In this document: in pieces, positions 10,834-20,078 of the stretch
Position numbering within the stretch: position 1 is the first letter of the stretch
Layout of the letters: each line of letters begins with the position of its first letter
Source of the DNA: an uncultured delta proteobacterium
Lineage (GTDB): Bacteria > Desulfobacterota > RBG-13-43-22
DNA length: 64,000 nucleotides
Reading direction: 5' to 3'
Assembly (NCBI GenBank): GCA_963802945.1
Contig: CAWDKY010000053.1
Coordinates: 160,001 to 224,000, forward strand
Program-made: the position numbers and the translations under genes
Notes under the pieces: model-generated
What the model saw: the letters and a program-made list of their open reading frames with translations, nothing else
Databases searched by the model: none
What the model was told of the DNA's origin: nothing

Positions 10834-11237
10834 ATGAGCACAGAAAGAAAAATACGCGTCCTGGCCGCCAAACCAGGACTGGACGGTCATGATCGCGGCA
10901 TCAAAATCATCTGCCATGCCCTGCGGGATGCCGGCATGGAGGTGATTTATACGGGCCTGCGCCAAACCCCGGAGCAGATAGCAGCCACGGCCGTTCAGGA
11001 AGACGTGGATGTCATTGCCCTGAGCGTCCTGTCCGGAGCTCACGATTATCTGTTTCCTCGGGTCATGGAACTGGTCAAGGAAAAAGGCTTGAAAGACGTC
11101 CTAGTGGTCGGAGGCGGCATCATTCCGGAAGAGGACATCCCGGCCCTGAAAGCGGCCGGTATCAGGAAATATTCGGCCCGGGGACTTATACCTCGGATAT
11201 CGTCAAATATATCCAGGAAAACGCCCGAAAAGCCTGA
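10834..11237 (+). CDS. Methylmalonyl-CoA mutase cobalamin-binding subunit, frameshift near 11165
   Basis: [22 protein letters not shown]; shifted frame gives [23 protein letters not shown]. Confidence 0.9.
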
Positions 11238-11301
11238 AAAACAAAAAGCCGTTTCTCCAAAACCCCTTGCTTTTTCAGCAAAACAGAAGCTCTCTGTCAA
11301 T

Positions 11302-11325
11302 CGATTTTACTTACGAGTAAAATCG
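11302..11325. promoter_or_regulatory. Perfect 10-bp inverted repeat between convergent genes (operator or weak terminator)
   Basis: CGATTTTACT TACG AGTAAAATCG. Confidence 0.4.
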
Positions 11326-11418
11326 GGTTATCCATATTTCACAATGATGATGATCCGTGACCGATATTATTTGTACTAAACCTATTATTTAGAAATCTTC
11401 AAAAAACTCCATTCAGCT

Positions 11419-12049
11419 TCACCCCCCTGTCAAATGCCGGTATTTAATCCGATAAGGCGGATCGGCAGCAATCCCCAGATGGGCTTTCCGGTCTGCTTCA
11501 TATTCGGAGTAGTTGCCGTCAAAAAAGAGGCATCGACTCTCCCCTTCAAAGGCCAGGATATGGGTGACGATAAGATCCAGAAACCAGCGGTCATGGCTGA
11601 TGACCAGGGCACATCCGCTTCCAAGGCATCCAGGGCTTCCAGTTTTTCCTGAACTTGGGCTTGTCATTCAATAAGTTTCTCCATGACCTCATCCGACATG
11701 GATTCGGCGAATTTTTCATTGATCCTGTTGAACTCATTCAGCAGGTTAACGATAGACTGGACTCCTTGTTCGACGATCTCTTTCACTGTCTTGGTATCAT
11801 CCAGGACCGGTTCCTGTTCCAGAAGACCCACGGTATGACCTGGAGAAAGGATGGTCTGTCCGTTGAATTCCGGGTCACCTCCAGCCATGATGCGAAGAAG
11901 GGAGCTTTTACCCGATCCGTTGAGACCCAGGACCCGATTTTAGCCCCGTAAAAATAAGAGAGGGAGATGTCTTTCAATACCGATTTCTTATCGTAGTATT
12001 TGCTGACTTTGATCATCAAATAGATGACTTTATTCACTTCCTTAGCCAT
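11419..12049 (-). pseudogene. ettA: Energy-dependent translational throttle EttA remnant with large internal deletion
   Basis: N-terminus VLKDISLSYFYGAKIG and LEQEP joined near 11620 to C-terminus CALVISHDRWFLD..THILAFEG..GNYSEYEADRK..RIKYR; in-frame TGA and frameshift; 631 bp versus about 1.67 kb for a full gene. Confidence 0.85.
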
Positions 12050-12161
12050 TGGGTTTTTCTTCCTGCTGTTTTGAAAAAAATCGTCTGGTTAATCGCTGAC
12101 TGCTGAAAGCTAACTGTTCTTCCAGGGATTTTTAGGTTTCCGGATGGATATCAATTCATTT

Positions 12162-12578
12162 TCACACGTGAAGGGGAAACCTTTGACCGTCGATTTCAAT
12201 TGTTGTTTTGGAATAGGTCAATTTCTTGATGATTTTTCCATCCTGAAAATGAATCACATCAAGCCCCCATCTTTTTTCCGATTTTCCTTCATGGCCTTTT
12301 TCTATTGACGGCCAATCCAACTGCCAGCGATAAAGGACTTTTTGATCCCTTTCATCGACGAAAAAATCTTCCTCGGTAAATTGAAAACCTCCGTGATTGT
12401 CGAACCACGGCGTCCAGGCCTTTTTCAGGGCTTCCTTGCCCACTGCTTTTCCACCGGTCCAATTTTCAAAAAAAACATCCTCATGGAAAAGTTCCATTAC
12501 GCCTTCCAGGTCATGATTTTTCCAGGCCAGATTCCATTCTTTCATGGCCTCAATGATTTCTTCTCTTGAAAGAGGCAT
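12162..12578 (-). CDS. SnoaL-like / NTF2-fold protein
   Basis: WNLAWKNHDLEGVMELFHEDV..GKEAL...GLDVIHFQDGKI; SD GGAGA. Confidence 0.8.
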   Translation of the reverse strand: MPLSREEIIEAMKEWNLAWKNHDLEGVMELFHEDVFFENWTGGKAVGKEALKKAWTPWFDNHGGFQFTEEDFFVDERDQKVLYRWQLDWPSIEKGHEGKSEKRWGLDVIHFQDGKIIKKLTYSKTTIEIDGQRFPLHV

Positions 12579-12672
12579 AGTTATCTCCTACAGTTAATTT
12601 TCATTTGTATCAGAAATTTTTCAAAGCTATTTGTTTGAATTCCGAAATCTGCAATCTTACATCCGAAATGAT

Positions 12673-13302
12673 TTATTCCCACCCTTTCACATATTGAGGG
12701 GCTTTTTCATTTTTCTGAAATCCGCCATAGGAACGAGGCGAAGGGTAATACTCCGTCCCGAACTGGACCATGCCGGCCTTCTCTTCTCCGGCCGTATCGG
12801 CCACAAAGGCCAAAGCCATATCAATCCCGGCGGATACCCCGGCCGAGGTCCAAATCCGGCCATCCCTAACTATCCGCTCCTCAACCACCGTTACGTCGCC
12901 CAGATCACGCAGACGATCCAGAGAGGCCCAATGCGTTGTGGCCCTTAAGCCGGACAATAGACCGGCACGGTGCAATATGAAACTCCCTGTACAAACCGAT
13001 AGCACGGCCCGGCAATGTTTGGCCTGTTCGGCGACAAACCGGATTAAAACCTCATTGTCCACTTCTTTACGTGTGCCTTTTCCCCCTGGAACAAGCAGAT
13101 AATCCAAGGAAGGACACTCTGAAAAGATAACCTGGGGATTAATGGACATCCCCTTGTTGCAGACAATTGTTCCAGATTTCTCGGAAACCATAAGGCAATT
13201 CTCCGGTCCCTGAGCCAGCACACTCCAGTATCTTATTATTTCCCAAGGGCCAACCAGGTCAAGCTCTTCAAGATCCGGAAAGATCAGAAATCCAAAATTC
13301 AT
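12673..13302 (-). CDS. DJ-1/PfpI family protein (isocyanide hydratase InhA-like)
   Basis: EELDLVGP, LLVPGG, SVCTGS, ATTHW, TSAGVSAGID. Confidence 0.88.
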   Translation of the reverse strand: MNFGFLIFPDLEELDLVGPWEIIRYWSVLAQGPENCLMVSEKSGTIVCNKGMSINPQVIFSECPSLDYLLVPGGKGTRKEVDNEVLIRFVAEQAKHCRAVLSVCTGSFILHRAGLLSGLRATTHWASLDRLRDLGDVTVVEERIVRDGRIWTSAGVSAGIDMALAFVADTAGEEKAGMVQFGTEYYPSPRSYGGFQKNEKAPQYVKGWE

Positions 13303-13482
13303 ATAGAACCCTCCTGATTGAAAACTTTTTAATTACCTGCTATTTTAAAATAAATGTAAATAAAACACACGAGATTTTTAGGAAATACCGGAATGGGAGA
13401 TTTTGACCGGAGACAATGATTCAGTTTGATTCTCCAGTGGAAATTTGATAAATGCAGAAGAACGATATCGGAGGTGAGAAAC

Positions 13483-14286
13483 ATGGGCAGGGGAAAAGAA
13501 AAGAAGCCTAAACGCTTTGTCGACTTAAGTATTGCCATTGAATCGGATCTTCCAAGCGATCCACCGGGCATGATTCCCAGGGTCGATTACAGTGATCACA
13601 GCCTGGGGAGTGAGGGGATGAAGAATTACTTTCCCGGGATTACCCAAAAGGATCTGCCGTCCGGTCTGGGCTGGGCCGTGGAGTCGGTGAGTCTGAGCAC
13701 CCATTCAGGGACACATCTTGACGCCCCGTATCATTACCACCCGACCATGGATCGGGGCAAACCTTCTTTGACCATCGATGAAATTCCCCTGGAGTGGTGC
13801 TTTCATGACGGGGTGCTCCTGGATTTCCGTCATAAGGCCGATGGGGAGCCGATAACAGCAAAAGATGTGGAAGAGGAATTAAAACGGATCGACTATAAAA
13901 TTAAACCCTTGGATATCGTCCTCATCCAGACCGGGGCCGATGCGGCCTGGGGCACTTCCCAATACCTGATCAAAGGGGCCGGCATGACCAAAGAGAGCAC
14001 CCTGTATCTTACGGAAAAAGGGGTCAAAGTGGTCGGGATCGATGCCTGGAGCTGGGACCGGCCCTTACCTCTTCTAGCTGAGGAATTTAAGCGAACGGGA
14101 AATTCAAAAGTGATCTGGGAAGCCCACTTCGCGGGTATAGAAATCGGTTACTGCCACATGGAGAAGATGGCCAACCTTTCCGGCATCGGACGCCCCCACG
14201 GCTTCACGGTCTGTTGTTTTCCGATTAAGATCAAACGGGCCAGCGCCGGTTGGGTCAGGCCGGTGGCTATAGTCTATGAGGATTAA
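13483..14286 (+). CDS. Cyclase family metal-dependent hydrolase (kynurenine formamidase-like)
   Basis: VDLS, HSGTHLDAPYH, VGIDAWSWD, HMEKMANL; ATG after GGAGGT. Confidence 0.88.
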   Translation: MGRGKEKKPKRFVDLSIAIESDLPSDPPGMIPRVDYSDHSLGSEGMKNYFPGITQKDLPSGLGWAVESVSLSTHSGTHLDAPYHYHPTMDRGKPSLTIDEIPLEWCFHDGVLLDFRHKADGEPITAKDVEEELKRIDYKIKPLDIVLIQTGADAAWGTSQYLIKGAGMTKESTLYLTEKGVKVVGIDAWSWDRPLPLLAEEFKRTGNSKVIWEAHFAGIEIGYCHMEKMANLSGIGRPHGFTVCCFPIKIKRASAGWVRPVAIVYED

Positions 14287-14296
14287 TTTTATTAGA

Positions 14297-14422
14297 GGGT
14301 TCGAGGATTCGAGGGTTCAAGGAAAGTAAGAAGGGGTACACGGTACAAGGTATAAGGTTTAAGGGTGTAAAGTGTAAGGTTTTTCCTTTAACCGTATACC
14401 TTATACCGTAAACCTTGCACCT
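14297..14422. repeat. Family A left arm followed by a complete heptamer family B hairpin, between convergent genes
   Basis: GGGTTCGA GGATTCGA GGGTTCAA; GGTACAC GGTACAA GGTATAA GGTTTAA ... TTAACC GTATACC TTATACC GTAAACC TTGCACC. Confidence 0.8.
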
Positions 14423-15937
14423 TTATTTCTCCGAGTGGCGCTTTCGAAGTTCCTGTCGCAGGACCTTGCCGACAGAATTTCTCGGTATCTCTCCCAAAAA
14501 CTCGATGTACCTGGGACTTTTGTACTTACCCAGGCTTCCCTGACAATATGAAATCAGGCCGCTTCCGGCGACATAATGACCCGGCTTCAAAACTACAAAG
14601 GCCTTGACTTCTTCCCCCATGATCGGATCCGGCACCCCGACAACCGCCGCATCCTCCACGGCCGGATGCTCATATAACACTTCTTCGATATCCCAGGGGA
14701 AAATATTGATCCCGCCCCGGATGATGAGATCCTTTTTGCGATCGACAATATATAAATAGCCGTCATCATCCATCCTGGCCATGTCCCCGGTGTAAAGCCA
14801 GCCATTTCGAAAGGCCTGCCCTGTTTCTTCGGGCATTTTATAATATCCCGGAGAGACATTCGGTCCCCTGACGATCAGCTCTCCAATCTCCCCAACGGGC
14901 AGGTCATTATCGTCATCATCCACAATCCTGACTTCCACCTCCGGTATGGGTACTCCGATGGAGCCGGGCTTCAGCGGCATGTCCGGCCGGTGTCTCGTGA
15001 CCACAGGGGCCGCTTCGGAAAGGCCGTAGCCCTCCCGAACGGGACAGTTGAATTTTTCCTGAAAACCTTTCAGGACCTCAAGAGGAAGAGGCGCTGATCC
15101 GCATCCGCAGCGCCTAAGGGACGATAGGTCATAGTGATCCGCTGCCGGACTGTTGAGCATCATGGCAAACATGGCCGGGGAACCGGAAAAACCCGTCACC
15201 TTATATTTTTCAATGAGGCGAAAGGCCTCCTCGGTATCAAACCAGCGCATCAGTACACTTTTTTGGTTGAACATATAGCCGGAATTCATGACCGTCAGCC
15301 CATAGGAGTGAGATAGGGGCAAGACATGCAGAGCCACATCATCAGGTTTTACATCGGCCATGGAAGAAGCGTTAACGGCATTGGAATAAAGGTTCCTGTG
15401 GGTCAACATTACCCCTTTCGGTTCCCCTGTGGTCCCGGCGGTATACAGGATCACGGCCAGGTCATATTCATCAATCTCAATTTTATTCGGCTCCTCAGAA
15501 CTCGTTCGGACCAGGTTCCAAAAGTTGACCGTCCCTGGAATATCTTCATTTTCAACCACAATGATTTGCTTCAAGGTTTCGATACCGACCCTGCCTTTTT
15601 CGATCTTGCTCATCAAATTTCTGTTGGTGATCAGGACCTTGGATTCGGAATTTCTCAAAATGTGAATCATCTCCCTTTCACCCAAAAAATTGATCACCGG
15701 AACAATGATGCCCCCCGCTCGCAGTATGCCCTGATAGCTGATCAGGACCTCGGGACTGTTCATGAGCATCACCATCACTCTATCCCCCATCTTGACGTCC
15801 AAGCCCTTTAGTCCATTGGCCAGTTGTTCTGCAAAACGAAGCAACTGAAGATTTGTGTACTCTTGATCTTCAAAAATCAAGGACACCTGTTCGCCGAAAT
15901 TTCTATAATGCTGATCGGCCAGTTCAACCAGATTCAT
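14423..15937 (-). CDS. Long-chain fatty acid--CoA ligase / AMP-binding acyl-CoA synthetase
   Basis: YTAGTTGEPKGVML, EGYGLSE, GWLYTGD, DRKKDLI, GKVLR. Confidence 0.92.
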   Translation of the reverse strand: MNLVELADQHYRNFGEQVSLIFEDQEYTNLQLLRFAEQLANGLKGLDVKMGDRVMVMLMNSPEVLISYQGILRAGGIIVPVINFLGEREMIHILRNSESKVLITNRNLMSKIEKGRVGIETLKQIIVVENEDIPGTVNFWNLVRTSSEEPNKIEIDEYDLAVILYTAGTTGEPKGVMLTHRNLYSNAVNASSMADVKPDDVALHVLPLSHSYGLTVMNSGYMFNQKSVLMRWFDTEEAFRLIEKYKVTGFSGSPAMFAMMLNSPAADHYDLSSLRRCGCGSAPLPLEVLKGFQEKFNCPVREGYGLSEAAPVVTRHRPDMPLKPGSIGVPIPEVEVRIVDDDDNDLPVGEIGELIVRGPNVSPGYYKMPEETGQAFRNGWLYTGDMARMDDDGYLYIVDRKKDLIIRGGINIFPWDIEEVLYEHPAVEDAAVVGVPDPIMGEEVKAFVVLKPGHYVAGSGLISYCQGSLGKYKSPRYIEFLGEIPRNSVGKVLRQELRKRHSEK

Positions 15938-16247
15938 TACTCTTCCTCCGACCGGAGATCGGGGTTTTTCCTTTGGTCAACAAGAGAAACAACCACTTCA
16001 GGAGATACTCTGAATGGCCTTTGATCCCCAGATATCCACGGCGCTAAAAGTTTGGGTTTTATATAAAGGACCGGCTAACGAATAGTGAGACCTGCCGTCT
16101 TCTTTGACAGGATAGAATCAGTTTAGACCGTAAAAGTATAATTTAAGAATCCCCCTAAAGTCAAGGGAAAAACAGGGTTAGAGTATGAGGCAGGAAAAAA
16201 CCATTTAGGAATCCGGGCAAACAGGTTTCTTTAAAACGGAAAAAATC

Positions 16248-16295
16248 AAGAATTCAGGATCCTGGAGTCAGAATTCAGAATAAAAACTCTTAATC
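16248..16295 (+). repeat. Heptamer family C arm with conserved tail
   Basis: ATTCAGG ATCCTGG AGTCAGA ATTCAGA ATAAAAACTCTTAATC. Confidence 0.7.
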
Positions 16296-16508
16296 GCACG
16301 ACTCGAAGGTTTTTTTCTTGTTTCGTGTTGGCTGGCCCATGGGGGCAGGAGGGTTAAAAAGAAACCGGGGAGATGCCCTATTCCTGAAGATAAATAAGGT
16401 CATTAAATTTATTGCATCTGTGACCTTCATTATGATAACTTGATTTCCTTTAAAAAAACCACAGACCAACATGAAAATTTCTAATAGCTCGTCGGAAAGG
16501 ATCAAACC

Positions 16509-16967
16509 ATGGCAACAGAAAAGACCGTAAAAGAAATGAAGGAACTTATAGGAAAAGAAGTTTCAGTAGGGGACTGGTTTGAAGTGACCCAAGATAGGAT
16601 CAATCAATTTGCGGATTGCACCGGCGACCACCAGTGGATTCATGTCGATTTGGAAAAGGCGGCTAAAGGACCTTTTGGAAAACCGATTGCCCATGGCTTC
16701 CTCACCTTGTCCCTCCTTCCTGCCCTGCAGTCGGGCACCCGTTTTTCGATCAAAGGAGCGAAAATGGGAATCAATTATGGACTCAACAAAGTCCGGTTTT
16801 TAAGTCCTGTTCCAGTAGGATCCAGGATCAGAATTCGGGGTGTCCTGTCCGGCGTTGAGGAAAAAGAAGGAGGAAGGGTTTTGTTCACCTATACCAATAC
16901 GATTGAGATAGAAGGAATGGAAAAACCGGCCTGCGTGGCTGAAACGCTGGGTCTCGTCTATGTTTAG
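16509..16967 (+). CDS. MaoC family (hotdog) dehydratase
   Basis: INQFADCTGDHQWIHVD, IAHGFLTLSL, NYGLNKVRFLSPV. Confidence 0.92.
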   Translation: MATEKTVKEMKELIGKEVSVGDWFEVTQDRINQFADCTGDHQWIHVDLEKAAKGPFGKPIAHGFLTLSLLPALQSGTRFSIKGAKMGINYGLNKVRFLSPVPVGSRIRIRGVLSGVEEKEGGRVLFTYTNTIEIEGMEKPACVAETLGLVYV

Positions 16968-16976
16968 TGCGACAAC

Positions 16977-17234
16977 AAGAATCCAGAATCCAAAAGTCAG
17001 AATAAAAAATCTTAATCACTTGATCCTAAGTTTAGTCCGAAAATAGGATTCCGGAATTCCGGGATTCCAAGGTTCAAGAGGTCGGCTTTGCCGACCTAAA
17101 AGGAGGCTTCCATTCGGAAGCCGGCCCGCTCGACTTTGTCGAGCTTTAGAAGAGGCTCCCTCTTGGGAGCCGAAGGGTTTTGCTTCCACGCCTTTCACTT
17201 GAACCCTTGACCCCTTGGCTCCTGGAATCCTATT
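16977..17234. repeat. Family C arm followed by a family A element enclosing four short hairpins
   Basis: ATCCAGA ATCCAAA AGTCAGA ATAAAAAATCTTAATC; ATAGGATTCC..GGTTCAAG [AGGTCGGC/GCCGACCT, GGCTTCC/GGAAGCC, GCTCGAC/GTCGAGC, GGCTCCC/GGGAGCC] CTTGAACCC..GGAATCCTATT. Confidence 0.8.
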
Positions 17235-17313
17235 AATAACTAATTGACAAGCCTCTTAAAAATGACTAAAGGGTTTGGCGGAAAAGGGTGAAAGAATAAG
17301 GAGGTAGGCATTC

Positions 17314-18522
17314 ATGTTTCAAGGAGCTTTGGAGGGGGTCAAAGTGGTGGAATATGCAACCATGGTATCCGGCCCCTATTGCGGTAAACTACTGGCCGAT
17401 CTGGGAGCGGATGTCATCAAAGTGGAGCCGCCCGGGGGTGATCCCGCACGTCTTTGCGGACCTTTCCCTGAAGACAAAAAACATCCCGAGAAGAGCGCTC
17501 TGTTTCTTTATAACAACACCAGTAAACGAGGAATTACCCTGGATCTGATGAAGGATGAAGGGCTCGAAGTTTTTAAAAAACTTCTTCAATGGGCCGACGT
17601 TTTTATCGACAATAATCCTGTTGACTATTTTGAAAATCTCAATCTGGATTGGGACGCCCTTCAGCAATTGAACCCAGGGCTTATTTATGCCTCCATAACC
17701 CCTTTTGGACGTACGGGTCCCAGGGCCAAGGCCAAAGGAGACGAGCTGACCCTTGTTCACGCCGGCGGCATAGGGTATCACCTGCCGGCCCGCTCGGTGG
17801 ATATTGATCATGCCCCGGTCAAGCTGGGGGGTTATCAGGTAGGTTATCATGGAGGACTCACCACCGCCCTAGCCGTGATAGCCTTGCTTCTGGGCAAGTT
17901 AAAGACGGGACGGGGACATTTGGTCGATATCGCTCTGCAACAGGTTGTCCTCACTTTGGTTTGTCCTTTAGTCACCTCATCACGGTATTATGATCAATCC
18001 TACAGCCGGGTCCCGGACAGGCCGCCGGGCATGGGTAGGATGGAAACCAGCGACGGATACGTCATACTCGGCGCGGCCGATGATCATCATTTCCGGGCCT
18101 TTCGCGAGTTGATGGGCAAACCGGAATGGGCAGCCAGTGATGAGTGGGATGATATGGTCTGGCGTGCCAACCATATGATGGATATTGCCCCTCAGATGGA
18201 GGCATGGATGAAGGCCCAAAAAAAGAAAGACATCACTGAAAGGGCCTCTAAAGCAGGAATCCCCATCGGGTCGGTCAATTCGGCCGAAGATGTAATGAAT
18301 TATGTGCAATATAAGGCTAGGAATTACTTCGTTGAAGTGGACCACCCTGTGGCCGGGAAATATCTCTATGCCGGGTGGCCCTATAAGATGGCGGCTTCAC
18401 CGCCTAAAGTGAGCCGACCGGCCCCGCTTTTGGGCCAGCATAGCGAAGAGGTTTACGGTCAGGTCCTCGGTTATTCAAAGGAAAAAATAAAACATCTTCG
18501 GGATATTCAGGTGATAAAGTAA
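17314..18522 (+). CDS. Class III (CaiB/BaiF) CoA-transferase subunit, probably non-catalytic
   Basis: GPYCGKLLADLGADVIKVEPPGGD, NTSKRGITLDL, APLLGQH; no Asp at the usual catalytic position (QVGYHGG). Confidence 0.9.
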   Translation: MFQGALEGVKVVEYATMVSGPYCGKLLADLGADVIKVEPPGGDPARLCGPFPEDKKHPEKSALFLYNNTSKRGITLDLMKDEGLEVFKKLLQWADVFIDNNPVDYFENLNLDWDALQQLNPGLIYASITPFGRTGPRAKAKGDELTLVHAGGIGYHLPARSVDIDHAPVKLGGYQVGYHGGLTTALAVIALLLGKLKTGRGHLVDIALQQVVLTLVCPLVTSSRYYDQSYSRVPDRPPGMGRMETSDGYVILGAADDHHFRAFRELMGKPEWAASDEWDDMVWRANHMMDIAPQMEAWMKAQKKKDITERASKAGIPIGSVNSAEDVMNYVQYKARNYFVEVDHPVAGKYLYAGWPYKMAASPPKVSRPAPLLGQHSEEVYGQVLGYSKEKIKHLRDIQVIK

Positions 18523-18547
18523 TTAATTCTCATACGGAAATCCAAGA

Positions 18548-18656
18548 TTTACGGATTAAGCTTTCAGCCAACAGCAGTCAGTCTTTAGCCTCTTCTTTGT
18601 TTTTAATAAATTTTACTGAACGCAGACTGTTGATGGCTGATGGCCTAAATCCGAAA
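18548..18656. repeat. Periodic inverted-repeat element, heptamer family H
   Basis: TTTACGGATTAAG CTTTCAG CCAACAG CAGTCAG ... CTGAACG CAGACTG TTGATGG CTGATGG CCTAAATCCGAAAA. Confidence 0.7.
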
Positions 18657-18697
18657 ATAATTTTTTGGAATTATATTGATCAAGGAAGGAAATATTA

Positions 18698-19927
18698 ATG
18701 GAAAACATGCTTCCACTTCAGGGGATTCGGATTCTCGAGTTCTGCTGGGTATGGGCCGGCCCTTATGCCACCATGTTACTGGCCAATCTCGGGGCTGAGG
18801 TTATCAGGGTTGAAGGACACAGAAGAACGGATCTGATGCGTCGCCCTATTGTCTGGCCTAGGTACGAACCGGCCCCCAGAATGCTTCCGCCAAATCAGGG
18901 GATGCCCTTTAATTCCGTCAACCGGGACAAAAAGAGCCTCACTCTTAATTTGAGCGAGCCGAAAGGCATTGAACTGGCCAGGAGACTGGCGGCCATAAGC
19001 GATGTGGTTATCGACAATATGCGTCCGGACGCTATGATCAAGATGGGATTGGGCTATGAGGTATTATCTGAAATCAAACCGGACATCATCGTCATCTCCT
19101 CTTCCGGGAGAGGGCATGAAGGTCCGGAAGCGGAATATCTTGGATTTGCCACTATACATCAGAGTATCGGGGGTCTCACTTATATATCAGGTCATCCGGA
19201 TGACCATCCTACCCACGGCACCGCCGGTGATGCGGATCTGATGAATGCCACCGGTGCCGCCTTTGCCGTTGTGGCCGCCTTGCATCACCGCACACGAACC
19301 GGTGAGGGGCAATTTATTGATTACTCCCAATGCGAGGGGGTAAGCTCTTTGATCGGCGAACAGCTCTTGGGCTATGTCATGACTTCCAAAATTCCTGAGC
19401 GCCTGGGCAACACCCATCCGGAATATGCCCCCCATAGTGTTTTCCAATGTTGGGGGGTTGACCGCTGGCTGGCCCTTGAGGTCCATACGGACGATGAATT
19501 CAAGGCTTTGGCCCAAGTCATGACCCAGCCGGAATTGGCCGCTGATTCGCGTTTCAAGACCATTGGTTCCCGAAAGAAAAACGAAAAAGAGCTCAATCGG
19601 ATCATCGGGGAGTGGACAAGGCAGAGAGACCGGGATTGGATGGTGGAGGAAATTAGCAAGGCCGGCATCGCCGCCGCACCATGCAGAGACGACAAGGACC
19701 TTTATGCAGATCGTCACCTGCGGGATAGAGAAGCCTTTGTAAAAATAAATCATCCCGAATTGGGTGAGCTGGAGTTGGTAGGCCCCCCCTGGAAAATCAG
19801 TGATCTGGAGCTGCCTAAGGGCTATGCCCCCCTTTTGGGAGAGCATAATCAATATGTTCTTCAAGGGCTCCTGGGGCTTAAGGATGAAGAGATAGCCGAC
19901 CTGCGGGAGAAAGATATTATTATGTAA
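18698..19927 (+). CDS. Class III (CaiB/BaiF) CoA-transferase subunit, catalytic Asp present
   Basis: WAGPYATMLLANLGAEVIRVE, NRDKKSLTLNL, GDADLMNA, APLLGEHN. Confidence 0.9.
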   Translation: MENMLPLQGIRILEFCWVWAGPYATMLLANLGAEVIRVEGHRRTDLMRRPIVWPRYEPAPRMLPPNQGMPFNSVNRDKKSLTLNLSEPKGIELARRLAAISDVVIDNMRPDAMIKMGLGYEVLSEIKPDIIVISSSGRGHEGPEAEYLGFATIHQSIGGLTYISGHPDDHPTHGTAGDADLMNATGAAFAVVAALHHRTRTGEGQFIDYSQCEGVSSLIGEQLLGYVMTSKIPERLGNTHPEYAPHSVFQCWGVDRWLALEVHTDDEFKALAQVMTQPELAADSRFKTIGSRKKNEKELNRIIGEWTRQRDRDWMVEEISKAGIAAAPCRDDKDLYADRHLRDREAFVKINHPELGELELVGPPWKISDLELPKGYAPLLGEHNQYVLQGLLGLKDEEIADLREKDIIM

Positions 19928-19978
19928 ATTTTTTCATCCTATGTCCTTGAGAAAAGAATGTTACTCATTTGGTGAATG

Positions 19979-20078
19979 GTTCGGAGTTCAGAGTAAGGAG
20001 TTTCGGGTTCAGAGTTTGAAATTCAAAGTACAAAAGTTAATGTTTTTGCTCCGAACTCATCACTCCGAACTTAAAACT
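19979..20078. repeat. Periodic inverted-repeat element, heptamer family F, overlapping the malQ stop codon
   Basis: GTTCGGA GTTCAGA GTAAGGA GTTTCGG GTTCAGA ... CTCCGAA CTCATCA CTCCGAA CTTAAAA. Confidence 0.8.

Noticed and set aside
16211-16245. c-di-GMP-I riboswitch from GGGCAAAC
   Set aside because: No GAAA-capped stem or GACGCAAAGC continuation
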